Origin: the human T2T-CHM13v2.0 reference genome, Homo sapiens
Reading direction: 5' to 3' (one strand)
Length of the DNA stretch: 64,000 nucleotides
Assembly: GCF_009914755.1 (NCBI RefSeq)
Contig: NC_060928.1
Positions 1 through 12,802 of the stretch are shown one piece after another. Position numbers and translations under genes: made by a program. How positions within the stretch are numbered: the stretch's first letter is position 1; each line of letters starts with the position of its first letter. The notes beneath the pieces were generated by a model. It was not told the origin of the DNA. It saw only the letters and a list, made by a program, of their open reading frames with translations, and did not search any database.

Positions 1-429
1 TTTACTTTATTCTAATTTTACTTGCCTTCTAATGTAAATGATTATATAAAGTATTTCTTCCAGTTGGTGTGTATGGAAAAGGTAAATTGCATATTAGTTA
101 CTTATACAATTTTTGTTTTAATCATTTTTATTGGTCACCTATAAATAGGCAATTGATAAATAATTTTTTCTATCTCCCCTACAATCTGGAAATTAAAATA
201 ATCTAATCACAGGTCACATCAAAATGATAATTTAAATGGGACTGTCTCCTACATAGCTGCCAAGAAGTTTTCAGCACATAACTTGAACCACATAATTATG
301 AAGTAATCCCCATGACAACAAAATACATTTTATGTAACAAAGACTAGTTTCCTGCGAAGATTTTACCATTACAAATGAATAATTTTGGCACTGTATATTT
401 TACTGTGTCTCATTCCTTCTCCCCAAACA

Positions 430-890
430 GATTTGGCTGATTAATTATGTCACTGTCATCCCTTGCTAGGGACGAGGAACATTAAGACAATGTGGGCCAA
501 TGAGAGAGCAGGAGAGATTTGCTGGGTGTTCTGGAAAAGGAGTTCCTTCTCAACAATTCCATATCTTCTCTCTCTACTCCTTGATCTCTTCTGACCACCT
601 TCTGACATTTCCTACCAAAGCCACATGCACAGCCACAAAGCCCAGACTGCCACTGGCAGCAAACCTGCCACCACGAGGGGAACTGTCTAAGAATGAAGCC
701 TGAGTGTAGGCAGCAAAGTAGACGCAAAGAGCCTGTCTTCATGACCTCACTGAGCCAGCAGAAAAACCTGGGACCCACCCTGAAGCATACTGTATCTCTG
801 TGTCTGCTCATTGATAAACACACAAATGCCCTTTCTCTATATGTCGGTCCAAAGAGGATTTGTTACATGGAGCCAAAAGCATCCTAATTA
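430..890 (+). mobile_element. Old MLT1-family MaLR LTR (MLT1J/K/L-like), degraded
   Basis: Ends with GTTACATGGAGCCAAAAGCATCCTAA (~862-887), resembling the MLT1J/K/L 3' terminus GTTACTTGCAGCCAAAAGCATCCTAA; 5' boundary approximate. Confidence 0.55.
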
Positions 891-1057
891 GTCATTGAGT
901 ATACACTTTGTAAGCTAAAGTTAACCAAATATGAACATGTTTGTATTGGTTTAGTAATCATGCAGATTCTTGTTTAGATTGGATATCAAAATTAAACTTT
1001 TCAAACTTAATGTATATTCTGTATCATAATGTCTATTAAAAGAAGATTTTGAAAACA

Positions 1058-1140
1058 GCCAAAGGTTACAGAGCTAGTCAGTTGAAGGGTCAGAATTTAT
1101 CCCTAGGCAGTCTGGCCGCAGAGCCTGTGCTTTTAACCAG
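1058..1140 (-). mobile_element. MIR SINE fragment
   Basis: AAGGTTACAGAGCTAGT...AGGCAGTCTGG..CAGAGCCTGTGCTTTTAACC is the reverse complement of the MIR 5' half. Confidence 0.7.
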
Positions 1141-1632
1141 CAAATGAGAGAGGACACTGCAGGGATTTTGACAAGCATGCTCAAGATGGAGCAGAACCAA
1201 AAACTAGTAGTGTCTAAAAAAAAAGAGAGAGAGAGAGAAAGACAGACAGAGAGACGGTGAGGACAGAGTGTCATAAAGAAAACAGAGTGATCAGAAATGT
1301 GCAACGCAACAGAAAAATCAAAATATGAAAAGATCTTAAATTAAGCCTTCATATGAATTGAATTTTACTGCTGGACTTTGAAAAACCAGGTACTCTAGTA
1401 CCTGCTAGGCTGCTAATCTGGGGGTAGTAATTTAAATAATAAATAAAAAGAGGAGAAAAGTAAATGTATCATGTATTTAATTTTTGAGGTTACTAAAACT
1501 GGTATTACTATTATTATTATTATTTTATCTGTATCACAAACCCCCATGGAGTCTTTTCATCCCTAAATCTTCTCCATGTGTTCTCCAAAAATATGTGTTC
1601 TCTTGAAACCCTTTTGCATCTCTTAGTATCTA

Positions 1633-1723
1633 TTAAGTTAGTGCAAAAGTAACTGTGGTTTTTGGAATTAAAAGCAATGACATTTTAATGCCAAAAACTG
1701 CAATTACTTTTGCACCAACCTAA
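1633..1723. mobile_element. MADE1 MITE (Hsmar1 mariner derivative; miR-548-type hairpin)
   Basis: Terminal inverted repeats TTAAGTTAGTGCAAAAGTAACTGTGGTTTTTG ... CAAAAACTGCAATTACTTTTGCACCAACCTAA; TA at 1631-1632; spacer longer than in the 80-bp consensus. Confidence 0.9.
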
Positions 1724-1734
1724 ATCTATTTAAT

Positions 1735-1748
1735 CTGTCTATCTGTCC

Positions 1749-1789
<41 letters not shown>

Positions 1790-1848
1790 GTGGTTATCTA
1801 GCTGTTATCTATCTATGTATCTATCTATCTATCTATGTATCTATCTAG
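1735..1848. repeat. Compound (TATC)n tetranucleotide microsatellite
   Basis: Pure TATC run at ~1751-1789 followed by interrupted TATC/TATG units. Confidence 0.95.
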
Positions 1849-2179
1849 TAAGAATACACATGTTGGAAGAAATCTATTGATTGGTCTTGTACTGGAATCC
1901 ACATTTTTCCTAACAAAATATTCCAGCCAGACTTTTCTTACATACAAGTGTGTGTAGCCTCATTAGGGAAGGTTCCTAGCCCAAACCATTGATTTGTTAT
2001 TCTATGTACAGTCAAGGAGTTGTGTTGTGCAATCATATCACTCTGACATCTAAACAATAAGACAGGTGGTTTTCAAGCACTTAGGACAAGAGTACTTAGA
2101 ATGCCACAGGGAAAAATAAAATAAAATTACATTGAGAGACAGAATGAATAATGGAAATAATTAAATAGTATCTGAAGTA

Positions 2180-2380
2180 GTCTAGCTAACCTGGATTGGA
2201 ATTCTGTTCTGCCATTCGTCAACCATGCAACCTTGGAAACTTCCTTAACCTACCTTAGATTGTAGTTTATCTTAAGTAAACTGAGGAGTAATACTAACTT
2301 CACAAAATTGTTGTTATAATTAGCCACACAATGCAGGGCCTGACCTATAGTGGGTGTTCAGAGAACAACAGCCATTATCA
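2180..2380 (+). mobile_element. MIR SINE
   Basis: CCTGGATTGGAATTCTGTTCTGCCA...ACCTTGGAAACTTCCTTAACCT...GCCTGACCTATAGTGGGTGTTCA follows the MIR consensus in order. Confidence 0.7.
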
Positions 2381-2624
2381 TATGTCTTATTGAGTTTGCC
2401 CTGATGTAACTCCTAAGGTTAGGGATGGCATGATACATAAAAAGACAGCTTAAAACAAGAAACCAAATAAAGTAGTTTCATCAATCTTAGTGCATTGAAG
2501 TAAGAAAGTAAAAGAAGTGAGATAGTTGCTACTCCTCTGAAAAGAAATGTTATAAGGCCTCTTGCCCTGTAACAAACATGACAAACTGAAATACTGACCA
2601 AGGGATCAAGCAGACAATACAAAT

Positions 2625-3105
2625 GATAAAGCAGATAAGTATCCAGGTTCTAGGCTTGTTTGCCTTCAGATGTCTATCTCCTCCTTGCCTTGCTCTGTTC
2701 TGTGTCACAGAAGGACTCACCCATGCAAGATGCATTCCTCAGGTTTCTGAGTCAGCTGCCTCCAGCAGGGTGAAAACAATGGCAAGCACTGGCAGGAGAC
2801 TTGAGGGTAGGGGACTAGTAGGAGACCACCAAGTTAGCTCCATTCTCCCCACCCCTTCTCGTTCGCTGTGTCTGACTGTTTCTCTAGCAATGGCTTCATC
2901 TCTGTGTGTTCCAGTGTACCCTTCACGTAACCATGACCCTGGGCTCCTACAACACTAGCTCCTCCTTTTTCTCTCCAGCCAAGTGTTAGTAGTATCTTCT
3001 TGCCATGTCAATCTCTGGTTTATGTCATTGTCGGTATCACCTGTATAACTAGTTGCCTATGCTACAGTATTGGCTTCTGTATTCCTGGTTAGACCCTGAC
3101 TGATA
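2625..3105 (+). mobile_element. ERVL-class LTR (LTR33-like)
   Basis: CCTTGCTCTGTTCTGTGTCACAG, CAATGGCAAGCACTGGCAGGAGAC and terminal TTCCTGGTTAGACCCTGACTGATA resemble LTR33. Confidence 0.65.
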
Positions 3106-3599
3106 GAATCTGTAAACATGGACACAAGTAAAATTGATAAGATTTCACAAAGTGGTGAGAACCTCCTGGTCATCTGGTACTCACCTGTGACTAACTGATG
3201 CATTTTAGGAATATGGGTACCATATGGTCAAATCCTCCAAATTTTCAAGAAATGCTGAACTATGACGTGACCTGCAACTGTCGTGATTTTCTAGGAAGAT
3301 GTGAGGAGAGCTGTGACTGACTTAGTGGTTTAGTGCTATTGAACATTCTGATTTGTGCACTGGAATTAGTCAACATTGAGAATGAAACACTACCAACTTT
3401 CTTAATGTATACAATTATTATTTCAAGAAACATTTTCGAGTGTCTACATTGTATTACTCACCAAGGTAAATGCCTAGAATACAAGAAAGATTAGTTGATA
3501 GTTAACTACTATTAATTATCTAGTTTGACACAAGTACTTTTAGATACATAATAAAACATTATCTTTACTATGAAAGTTCATGGTCATTACCCACAAGTT

Positions 3600-3730
3600 T
3601 TGTTTTATTTTCACTTTTTGAAAGCTGAGACTCAGAGATACCAATGAACTCTCCAAGTTTACGTAGCTGGTTTAAAGGAGATCTCACTGAAATCCATAGT
3701 TGGACTCTAAAAATTATGCTCTTTCTGCAG
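3600..3730 (-). mobile_element. MIR fragment
   Basis: AAGCTGAGACTCAGAGA...CCAAGTTTACGTAGCTGG...GACTCTAAA is antisense MIR core. Confidence 0.55.
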
Positions 3731-4309
3731 TGACATGCATAGTCTTCCTGGATTACAGAAAACATAAAATGTGCATGATCAAGTAAGTTACATGTTAGCA
3801 GGGAGGAGAGATAAGTAAGTAGCTATAAAGCAGTGAAGGAAATGTTATGTTGGTGGGTATATTTTAATGCTCCATTGATTATATTGACACAGTAGGTGAC
3901 TCGGTTGTTCACAACTTTACACACAGTTTTCTTTCTTGGTCATACCCCAAGCCACTTTCTATAATTTGTAGAAAGCATGTGTTCAGAAAAGCTGCTTAAC
4001 AAAATAGTTGTGTACCATAGGTGAAGGAAGCATAATGAGATCATCTTTGATACTTGCAGCTAATATAAATTTAAAAGAGATGTAAGCATTTATAACTCTC
4101 TTTAAATGTGCAGCAATAGTTAGCATAGAAGTTATTTGTGAACAAAGAACCCACAATTAACTGAACACTAAACTCGACTTTGTAATACTTGAAAATAAAA
4201 ATAATTGTATTTTAGTAAAGCATTTTATACTATCTTAACATTCAGTTTCTGTTCCCTTTTTAAATGTTCAGTCTTTCCACTGGGAGACATTACAAAATGA
4301 ATTTAGTAA

Positions 4310-5110
4310 CAGTAACTAACACTTACCGTAGTTCTTACTGTGTAGGATCTTATTTAATACAACAACCCTAGGAGGAGGCTAATATTATTATCCCCATTGT
4401 ACGGAGCATTTTAGTCAGGGTTCTCCAGAGGAACAGAACTATTAAAAATAGGATATATGTATATATGAAAGGAAGTTTTTTAAGGAGAATTGACTCACAG
4501 GATCATGAGGTGAAGTCCCATGATAGGCCATCTGCAAGTTGAGGGGCAAGGAAACCAGTAATGGATCAATCTGAGTCCCAAAACCTCAAAAGTAGGGAAG
4601 CTGATAGTGCAGCCTTCATTCTGTGGCCAAAGGCCTGAGAGCCCCTATCAAACTACTGGTGTAAGTCCAAGAGTCCAAAAGCTGAAGAACTTGGAGTCTG
4701 ATGTTGGAGGGCAGGAAGCATCCAGCATGGGAGAAAGATGAAGGTCAGAAGACTCAGCAAGTTCACTCCTTCCATCTTATTCTGCCTGCTTTATTCTAGC
4801 CATGCTGGCAGCTGATAAGATGGTGCCCACCCAGATTGAGGGTGGGTCTGCCTCTCCCAGTCCACTGACTCAAATGTTAATCTCCTTTGACAACACCCTC
4901 GCAGATACACCCAGGAACAATATTTTGCATCCTTCAATCCTTCAATATTGACACTCAATATGAACCTATTAACCATCACACAGAAGAAGTAACTGAGGAA
5001 GAAAGAAGCTAAATAATTTGTGTAAAGCCACATAGATTCTCAGTTGCAGAGCCGTGATTCAAACTGAGGTGTTGGGCACCATGCCTAAGCAATTAATCCT
5101 GGTACCTCAC
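4310..5110 (-). mobile_element. MIR split by the MLT2A insertion (4310-4406 and 4981-5110)
   Basis: ACAACCCTAGGAGG...ATTATCCCCATTGTAC on the left continues as CAGAAGAAGTAACTGAGG...GCAGAGCCGTGATTCAAAC on the right. Confidence 0.7.
4407..4980 (-). mobile_element. MLT2A (probably MLT2A2) solo LTR of HERV-L
   Basis: Begins TTAGTCAGGGTTCTCCAGAGGAACAGAAC, contains TCCAAAAGCTGAAGAACTTGGAGTCTGATGTT, ends TTAACCATCACA (revcomp TGTGATGGTTAA); ~570 bp fits MLT2A2 better than MLT2A1. Confidence 0.88.
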
Positions 5111-5479
5111 TGTTTCTTCATAAAGCAATAGAAGTGCTTACTATATGCAAAATATTGTAGGGAATATGCTACCACTCCTGAGTGGCTTGGAATCTAATTG
5201 GAGAGTCATAACATACCACCACATAAATTTGTATTGGTCTTAAATAAATTTTAAGGAAGTACCATACAAGAGGTACTGAATTATTATTATTGATTGAATA
5301 AGTAAGAAAGATCAGAGAATGGGAAGGTGAACCAGTTAATTTTTATTGCCAGTATATACCAAATAGGGAATATATTTTGATCCTTATAAATTGCTTGACA
5401 GTCCAGTGAAATAGATACTGCAAGTCTTCCTATTTTAGAGATGGAGACTAAATAACATGCCCAAACCCATGTAGCTAGG

Positions 5480-5665
5480 AAGTTGCACTCAAAGTGTGCT
5501 TCGTGGACAGGCAGCATGAAAATCACCTGAGAGGTTGTCAGAAATGCAAATTTAAGGTCCAACCCAGACCTGTTGAATCAGATCTCTGGGACTGATGCAC
5601 AGAAATGTGTGTTCCAATCAGTTTTCTATGTGATTCTCGTGCACATTGAAGTTTGAGAAGTACCT
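5480..5665. mobile_element. MER5A hAT-Charlie DNA transposon
   Basis: CTCAAAGTGTG...AATCACCTGAGAGGTTGTCAGAAATGCAAAT...CCCAGACCTGTTGAATCAGA...GAAGTTTGAGAAG. Confidence 0.8.
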
Positions 5666-7119
5666 ACTTAAGGTATGAATTTGTGGTAATTGTGAGATCT
5701 GTGTAATGTTAAGCCTCATATTCTTGCCACAGCACCATGCTGTGACGTGGGCTAGCTGGGGAAGTTTGGAAGGAATTCAATATAAGAGCTGTTCTTTGAA
5801 GGACTGGTTAAGTACAGGTCGGAAGAAAGAAGAATGGAAACATAATAGGAGAGAACACTTACTGAACATGTCGTGCATGATGGTTGCCATGTTTATCTTC
5901 CCATCCTAGCTATAATTATTTCACCCAAAACTCTTGGTTAGGTTTACTTATCAGACTAAGGGAGGGCACCTGATACAAAGGTAGGCCATCTGTAGTCTAG
6001 TGAGCAATTCAAAGAGAGGCTTTGCATGAAGTGTTCTGCCAATGATTAATAATGGTAATGAAGCCAATTATTTAGATTTGCACCATGGACTGTGGAGGAG
6101 GAATTATCAGTAGGTATCAGCAAGAGGATAATGGAGCAGACATATAGGAAAAGACAAATACAATATAAGGAAAACAAAAAGACAAGCTTTCCCCTATACC
6201 TCTTATTCATATATTTTGGCTATTTCTTATTTCTATTTATGAATATCCTCCTCTAGGAATCCAGAGTAACACTATAATCTAAGACTAACCATAATCCTTT
6301 ATGTAACATAATAACAAAGACAAAGAGACTTAAAGCAGCGAGACATTTGGAGGGGTCAGCTATGGGCTCAATCTAGATGGTCAGAGGTCTTTTTTCTCAA
6401 GAAGTTACAGGAGACAGGGCCGGTGATAAGAAAGTTCAGAAGAGTAGAAACAATTTCTTAGGCTGGAAAGTTACTTTCATACTTCCTCTCCCTAACTCCC
6501 ATTTCTCTTCTTGTAATTTGTATCTCCTACCACGTAACAGAGCCACAAACTATAAACATTAAAACCTTACAGGGCCAACTTCTTTCTGGTAGATTTAATT
6601 GCCCCTGGTAGCAAAGCCACTTGTCTCTGAAGGGGCCACTTGTCCTAAGAAATGCAAGCACTTGCTTCCCTTGATTTTCTAAGATGCCCAGAAGTTGGCT
6701 CCTTTGTCCACACAGATCAGCCCTGCCTTAGACCTCAGGCTATTTCACAAAGCTTGTCTCTGCCCTCTTCTTGTCTCTGTTACATTCCTTTTGCACTTCC
6801 TTTCCTCAAGCCAGCATTATTAAACATGGTAATAATTATATTAATAGTAAATATCACCTTTCTACAAGATTGTTTAGAGAATATAATGAGACTATGTATA
6901 TAAACACAATTCATAAAACTGTTAAGTAGACCCAAATTTTAGTGATTGTAATGATAATATTTTCGTGCATTATTCCATTAGAGTTTAAAGTTGTACTGGA
7001 TTTGAATGCTTAGTAAAAATGATTGGGTTTTACTTTTTGACATCCTGAAACATTTAGAGCACAGTAGTGACAGGTTGAAAGCTGGGATTTATTAATAATT
7101 AATCTAATAATCATGTAGG

Positions 7120-7380
7120 GAGTGGAGAGAGGAAATACTAGCATTATAGGATTAATTTAGGAGTTTATTTCCAACTACCCAGGTACTTAGCCAAAAGGCT
7201 GAATAGTGGTCATTTCATGGTCACTACCATGGAAACAGAAAGGAAGGGGCACTTTGACGATACATTTAGGCTGCTAAAAACGTTAGTTCTTGATGACCGA
7301 TTGAATATAAATGGCAACAAAGAAAGAGTCAGAGGTGACTATATGGCTTGGAACCTGTGTCTTTGGGAAAATGGAATTAT
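7120..7380 (-). mobile_element. L2 LINE fragment
   Basis: GATGACCGATTGAATAT...GAAAGAGTCAGAGGTGACT...GGAAAATGG resembles antisense L2. Confidence 0.5.
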
Positions 7381-8894
7381 TCTGAATTACACCCTCATGT
7401 CTAAGCTAAACTGGTAGGTTTACTTAGTGACTGGGCAACTTCCGCATGATTTTTAAAACATTCCTTTGTCATCTTTAATGCATACTTTAGGACCTTGGGG
7501 CACTTTTTATTACAGCACAGGCCTTACTTTCAATGATCTGAATCCAAATCTCTTTTCCAGGATAAAGATGTGATCCCGAGATATAAGGGACTTATTTTGT
7601 CCAATATGAGGTCTAGTTGGAATAGTGTCCTCTCTAAGTCAGACTCTGTGAGGGACTACAGGAAAGGGAACAAAAACCAGCTCATCTTCACCCATCCTGT
7701 GCTTTCCAGTGTTTCACTGCTACCATTCCCTTCTGTCTTAGCTTAGTGAAATCAGTGTCTTACTTGCCCTGAAACATATGATGCCCAGTAATAGAGCTAG
7801 AACTCTTGTCCAGGCCTGTCAAATAAATTTAACCAAATATTTCAATGGGAAAAAAAGAATAACTTATGTCTTGTGATAATATAACCACCATGCTTTCATG
7901 TGTGTATGTGTGTATGGGTGTGTGTGTGAGACTATAATTTATTCAACAAAAAAAATTTTGGCTTCTTTTTTTCTCAAAAAAAAAATCATAAAAACTTATC
8001 TAATGCTGAAGGGTAGCAATCATCAGTTGATCTTAAAAGGACACCATATTCTCTATAAATATTTCTTTCTAAAGTTGTCAGTTAGGTTTCATCCTGCTTT
8101 ATCCTTTCTTTAGGAAAGGATAGTGTTAAAGTGCCATCAAGTAAAATATGGGATTTTCTGCTGAGGTCTTTACATCAGTGAATGTACATTTTGTAAGAAT
8201 ACCCTAAGGGGATTTCAACTTCCTGACTTAAAAAGTTAGGTGGATCTATTTCAGTTGTGCACATCCAGCTTCATGCTTTAACATGGCCAGATTGCCATGG
8301 CTTCAATTTAAGTCACAGGTTTCTGGTGATAATATACATCTACATTTTTACAGTGTTGCCTGAAAATGGGAGTCTATAAAGAATCTGACTTGAATTATTA
8401 AGAATGGAAAACTTAAATGTCTGACCCCAAACAGGGGGATAAATTCTGCTATGTTTTAATGCATTCACTACTTCCTAAACTGATACATATTTCCAAGATA
8501 ATATGACTAACTTTATATATAAAAAATAGTTCTTTGATAAAAAGAAAAAATGCTCTTGAAGGTCAAAAGTCAAAGTATGCTATCACAAATAAAAATATTA
8601 GTTCTCTAAAATATGTAACTTGATTTCTTTTGTATAGTTTAAAACATGTGTTGAAAATTAAATATGCCTGATTTTTATAAAACTGTCATTAATGTTAGAG
8701 TATATTTGAGTTTTATATATCATAAATTAGAAGTTGAGACAGTGAGTGTATCTAATTAATAGTTATGTCCTGTCAGTGTGTATGTAAATGCTGAGTAGTC
8801 ACAATTTTCAAAAATGTGTTTTCTTTTTACTTTATCATTTTCTGGTTATTTCAGATTAAATAACCATAATTTATATTCTGTGGATCTGATTATT

Positions 8895-9330
8895 TGTGTC
8901 TACCTCAAGATTCCAACACAATAAATTGGGATGACCATAAAGGGAAAGATGTGGGAACATCACAATTGAAAGGGTGGTCCCCTGAGGCTAACAGTGGAGA
9001 TTTTACCACCCAGGACCTGAGTAGAGTCTGTAAGGAATGTTATCTAGAGAGAAGCAGTGATTCATTTAGGGAAATAACTGCCCTATGGTGACCCTAAAGG
9101 GAAGAATCCAGGAGAATAAATACCTTGACATCAGTTTCTTACCCATCTCTGATCCATCTCTGATCTCTTGCCAGGACTCCTTATTGGCAGAACACCATCA
9201 GCAGCCAGAGTTAGGAATCCCATGGACTAGTCCATACAGGTCTATATTTCAGCCTCCCGGGGACAGAGAGCAAGGTGGGAAAGCAGGGAGAGTAGAGCTG
9301 GATGGCCAAACAAAAGATATACTCACAGTG
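8895..9330 (-). mobile_element. ERVL-class LTR (LTR33/LTR41-like)
   Basis: CTCTGATCTCTTGCCAGG..TTATTGGCAGAAC..CAGCCAGAG and CAGCCTCCCGGGGACAGAGAGCAAGGTGGG..AAACAAAAGATATACTCACA are the antisense LTR33/41 5' part. Confidence 0.65.
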
Positions 9331-9689
9331 TGGCCAAAATAAATAAATTCTAGCCATTTAATGCTTCATTTTAAAATAATTTTCAAATAGCAATTTAAAA
9401 CAATCTGTCATTGCCATTCATTGAGAATACTTTCTGGAAGATAAGCAGTGTCTTCTTATCTGGAAGATATTGTTGGTCTCCTTTATTCTAGATCTCTGTA
9501 GCACCTAACACTGCTAACTGCAGTCATCTGAATATGAAAAAACGTTTAGTAGGGTTAGAATGAACTAGGACAAGGGTCAGTAACTAAAATGGGCAGTCTA
9601 GTTGGCCAAGTGGGTGGCTGAACTAGCAGATCTATTCTTTCCTTCTGATGCTACCCTTTGTTCCTTCTCCTTTGTGAATATTGGTACAT

Positions 9690-12210
9690 TATCTATCAGT
9701 TCTATATTGCCACAGTAACTCTGTTTAACAAACCAAACTGCTCCAAAACTGAGTGGCTTAAAACAACAGTAGTCTCTTCTCACAGATCTGAAGATCAGCT
9801 AGGGTAAATTAATCTAGATTGGACCTAAATAGGTGCCTCTGCTTCCAGCTGTGGGTCTGATTGGGCATGGTTCACTCAGTCCATTTTGGCTGAACGGTCA
9901 GCAGGGAAACTTTCCTTATGGAGATGGTGCAGATAAAAAGAGGGCAAGTAGAAAAATAATAATTCCACTTAAGGTCTAGGCTAAGAACTGGCACACTATC
10001 ACTTCCATCCACATACAATCGGACAATGCAACACGCAAGGCTAAGGTCAAAATCAAGGCATAGGAATAAACTTTATGCTCTGGATGAGATCATGACAAGG
10101 ATATGGATGCAGAAAGGATGAAAATTGGGGACAAGATTTCAATCTACTCTAGTCTACACTCTTGGCCACAATTACTCATTTGCAAGACCACCCCATGCAA
10201 AACCAAACCAAAACTAAACTGAAACAAACACCCTCATCCTAGAATCTTTAAAAGTCTCATGTCACATGACATTAAGCTCAAGGTTCAGGATCATGTAATC
10301 ATTGTTAGTCCAGATGAGGCTCTTTTTGATTTGGAAACCTATAAACTAAAATGGCAAGTTATTTCGCCCAAACACAATACACTTCCGGAACAGAGAAAGA
10401 ATAATAGCAATAAGCTCTTCCATTTGGAAAGCCAAAGAGAGTAGAATGGGATACAGGCACATAGGAAGCCTTGGTAGACGGTAATTTTGAAGTCCCATTT
10501 GGAAAATATTACTAAGTCTCCCTTCTCTAGGATTAGAGAATGGTCCTTAGTAAAATTCCCAATTCTGCTTCCAGGAAGTGGTCCCCAGTTTTTTATTCTC
10601 CTGCATTGTCTACTAGTTTGGATGTCCCTTTTCCCCAATCATCCTTCTTGTCCATTTTTACAGAGGACTTTGTCTAAAATGCTCTTTATAGAAGCTGAGC
10701 AATCGCCTTCGGCTGCTTCCTTTTGTGAGACAGTTGGAAGGTCTTATATTTTCAGCAGGCCCAGTCCATCTTAGTCCTGGCTTTCATTGCTTTTTGCCAA
10801 TCAAATCTCTCAAAATATTGTGGACCTTCTATATATTTTTTTAGAACACTTCATCAGCCAAAAACCAAACCTACAATTTTCTCTGATGCATGCTTCTCTC
10901 TCTACTCTTAATCTTGGACATATTAGGCTTCTATGGGATTATGCCAATAAACTTTTGTAATACGATTACATTCTTATATAGGAAACACTTTATTTTCATG
11001 ATAAAAGTTGCTCCTGAGAGTCAAAAAACAAAATATTCTACCAAAATAAAATGTTAACTTTCTAAAATATATAATCTGGTTGTTTTATACAATTCAAGAT
11101 GAATATGTTTAAAATTAAACTTGCCTGGTTTGAATAAAACTGTTACAATGTTAGAATTTTCTATATCATATATAGTTAAATCAAAGCAGGTTATTTTATT
11201 TAGAAAGCCCTTCTTTAGATCCCTTTTTATATTTGGAAGGAATCTACTGGAAATGACCTTAATTCTTTCAGAGATTTTAATACATGGTGTGAGGGCTGAA
11301 CCCTGGTTGGTTCTATGACTCAAGGCTGTATACCAATATTGATTTCATCTTTGTTCTCATCTTGTATCTTAATCTGAGAATCTTTTCCTGGCTATAGAAG
11401 CTAAAGATGAGGAATAGTTTAATTTCCCAAGCCAGCAATTTCTGGATTTATAACATTCTGCTCACAAACTTTAAAATTATTTTCTGATCTGATTTGTTTC
11501 TGTATATCTATCTCTTTATGTATATTTTTTGTAGAAATACATTATATACATATAAAAGAGATGAGCTCACACTTTTCCCATATTGCCTAGAAACCATCCT
11601 GTCCAAGTCCACAAGTTTGTGAGATACAATTTTTATTTTCCTAGTTAGAGCAGGCAAAAGTTTTAGTAAATATTTTACCTCTACACAATGTTGTTATTTT
11701 TCTAAATATATTAGCTTTCTTCCCATTTTCTCAACCTTCATCCATTGCTCAGTCCCAAATCTAATGGTATGTATTTTATGTGTATCCCACTTCCAGTACC
11801 AATTTCAGTATCAGTTAGTTATTGTCACAGTGAGTCTGATGAACAAACAACCCCCAGTTAATCATTTATTTTCAGAGATCTGAGGTTGATAGTGAAGGTG
11901 AGGCTTGGCTGGGTTGCTCTGTGTTAAGCTGTAGGTTCCGCTATCCCTGGTTCATCACTCAGGTTGACTGCACAGTTTTTCTTATAAGAGTGGCAGAGCT
12001 ACAAAGAGAATTGGTAGAAATCCTTGAGGCTCTTAACACCTAGGCTTGGAACTGGCTCTTTGACACTTCCTCCCCTAAATGTTTTTGACCAGGCAAGTCC
12101 CATAGCTAAGCTCAAAGTCCCCAGTTGGAGGAAACTATACACCACCATCAATGGGGTCATAGCAAATATCTATGCAGGGAAGGGGAACCAGAAGTTTAAT
12201 CTACCACCTT
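9690..12210 (-). mobile_element. Ancient MLT1 (H/I/J-like) MaLR provirus: LTR (~9690-10150), internal region, LTR (~11806-12210)
   Basis: Two same-orientation LTRs share TATCAGTT..ATTG(C/T)CACAGT..AACAAAC, AGGCT..GAACTGGC and terminal AATCTAC; the int/LTR junction CCACTTCCAGTACCAATTTCAGTAT parallels CCCACTCTGCTGGTACCAATTTACTGTAT of the THE1 at ~53190-53220. Confidence 0.75.
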
Positions 12211-12432
12211 TTTAGAGTCCCAAATAACCTTGGCTGCCAACTTGTAGATAGTTTTAAGAATTTATAAATGAGGCCAGTGCTTTTTTTTTTTTTTTTTTTG
12301 GTTAAATCCTGAATACTAGAATCATAATCAGCCAATGCATTCACTCATCATTATTCTATATTTTATAGTATGGCTCTGGTGAACAAGTATATGCTGCTGC
12401 CTATTTACTCTTAAAAAGACCTTCAATTTTCA

Positions 12433-12738
<306 letters not shown>

Positions 12739-12802
12739 TCAATTTTCATGTAGAAATTCTAATTTGAATAAATGGAAAATTAAGGCTCATGGTGAAAGTT
12801 AC

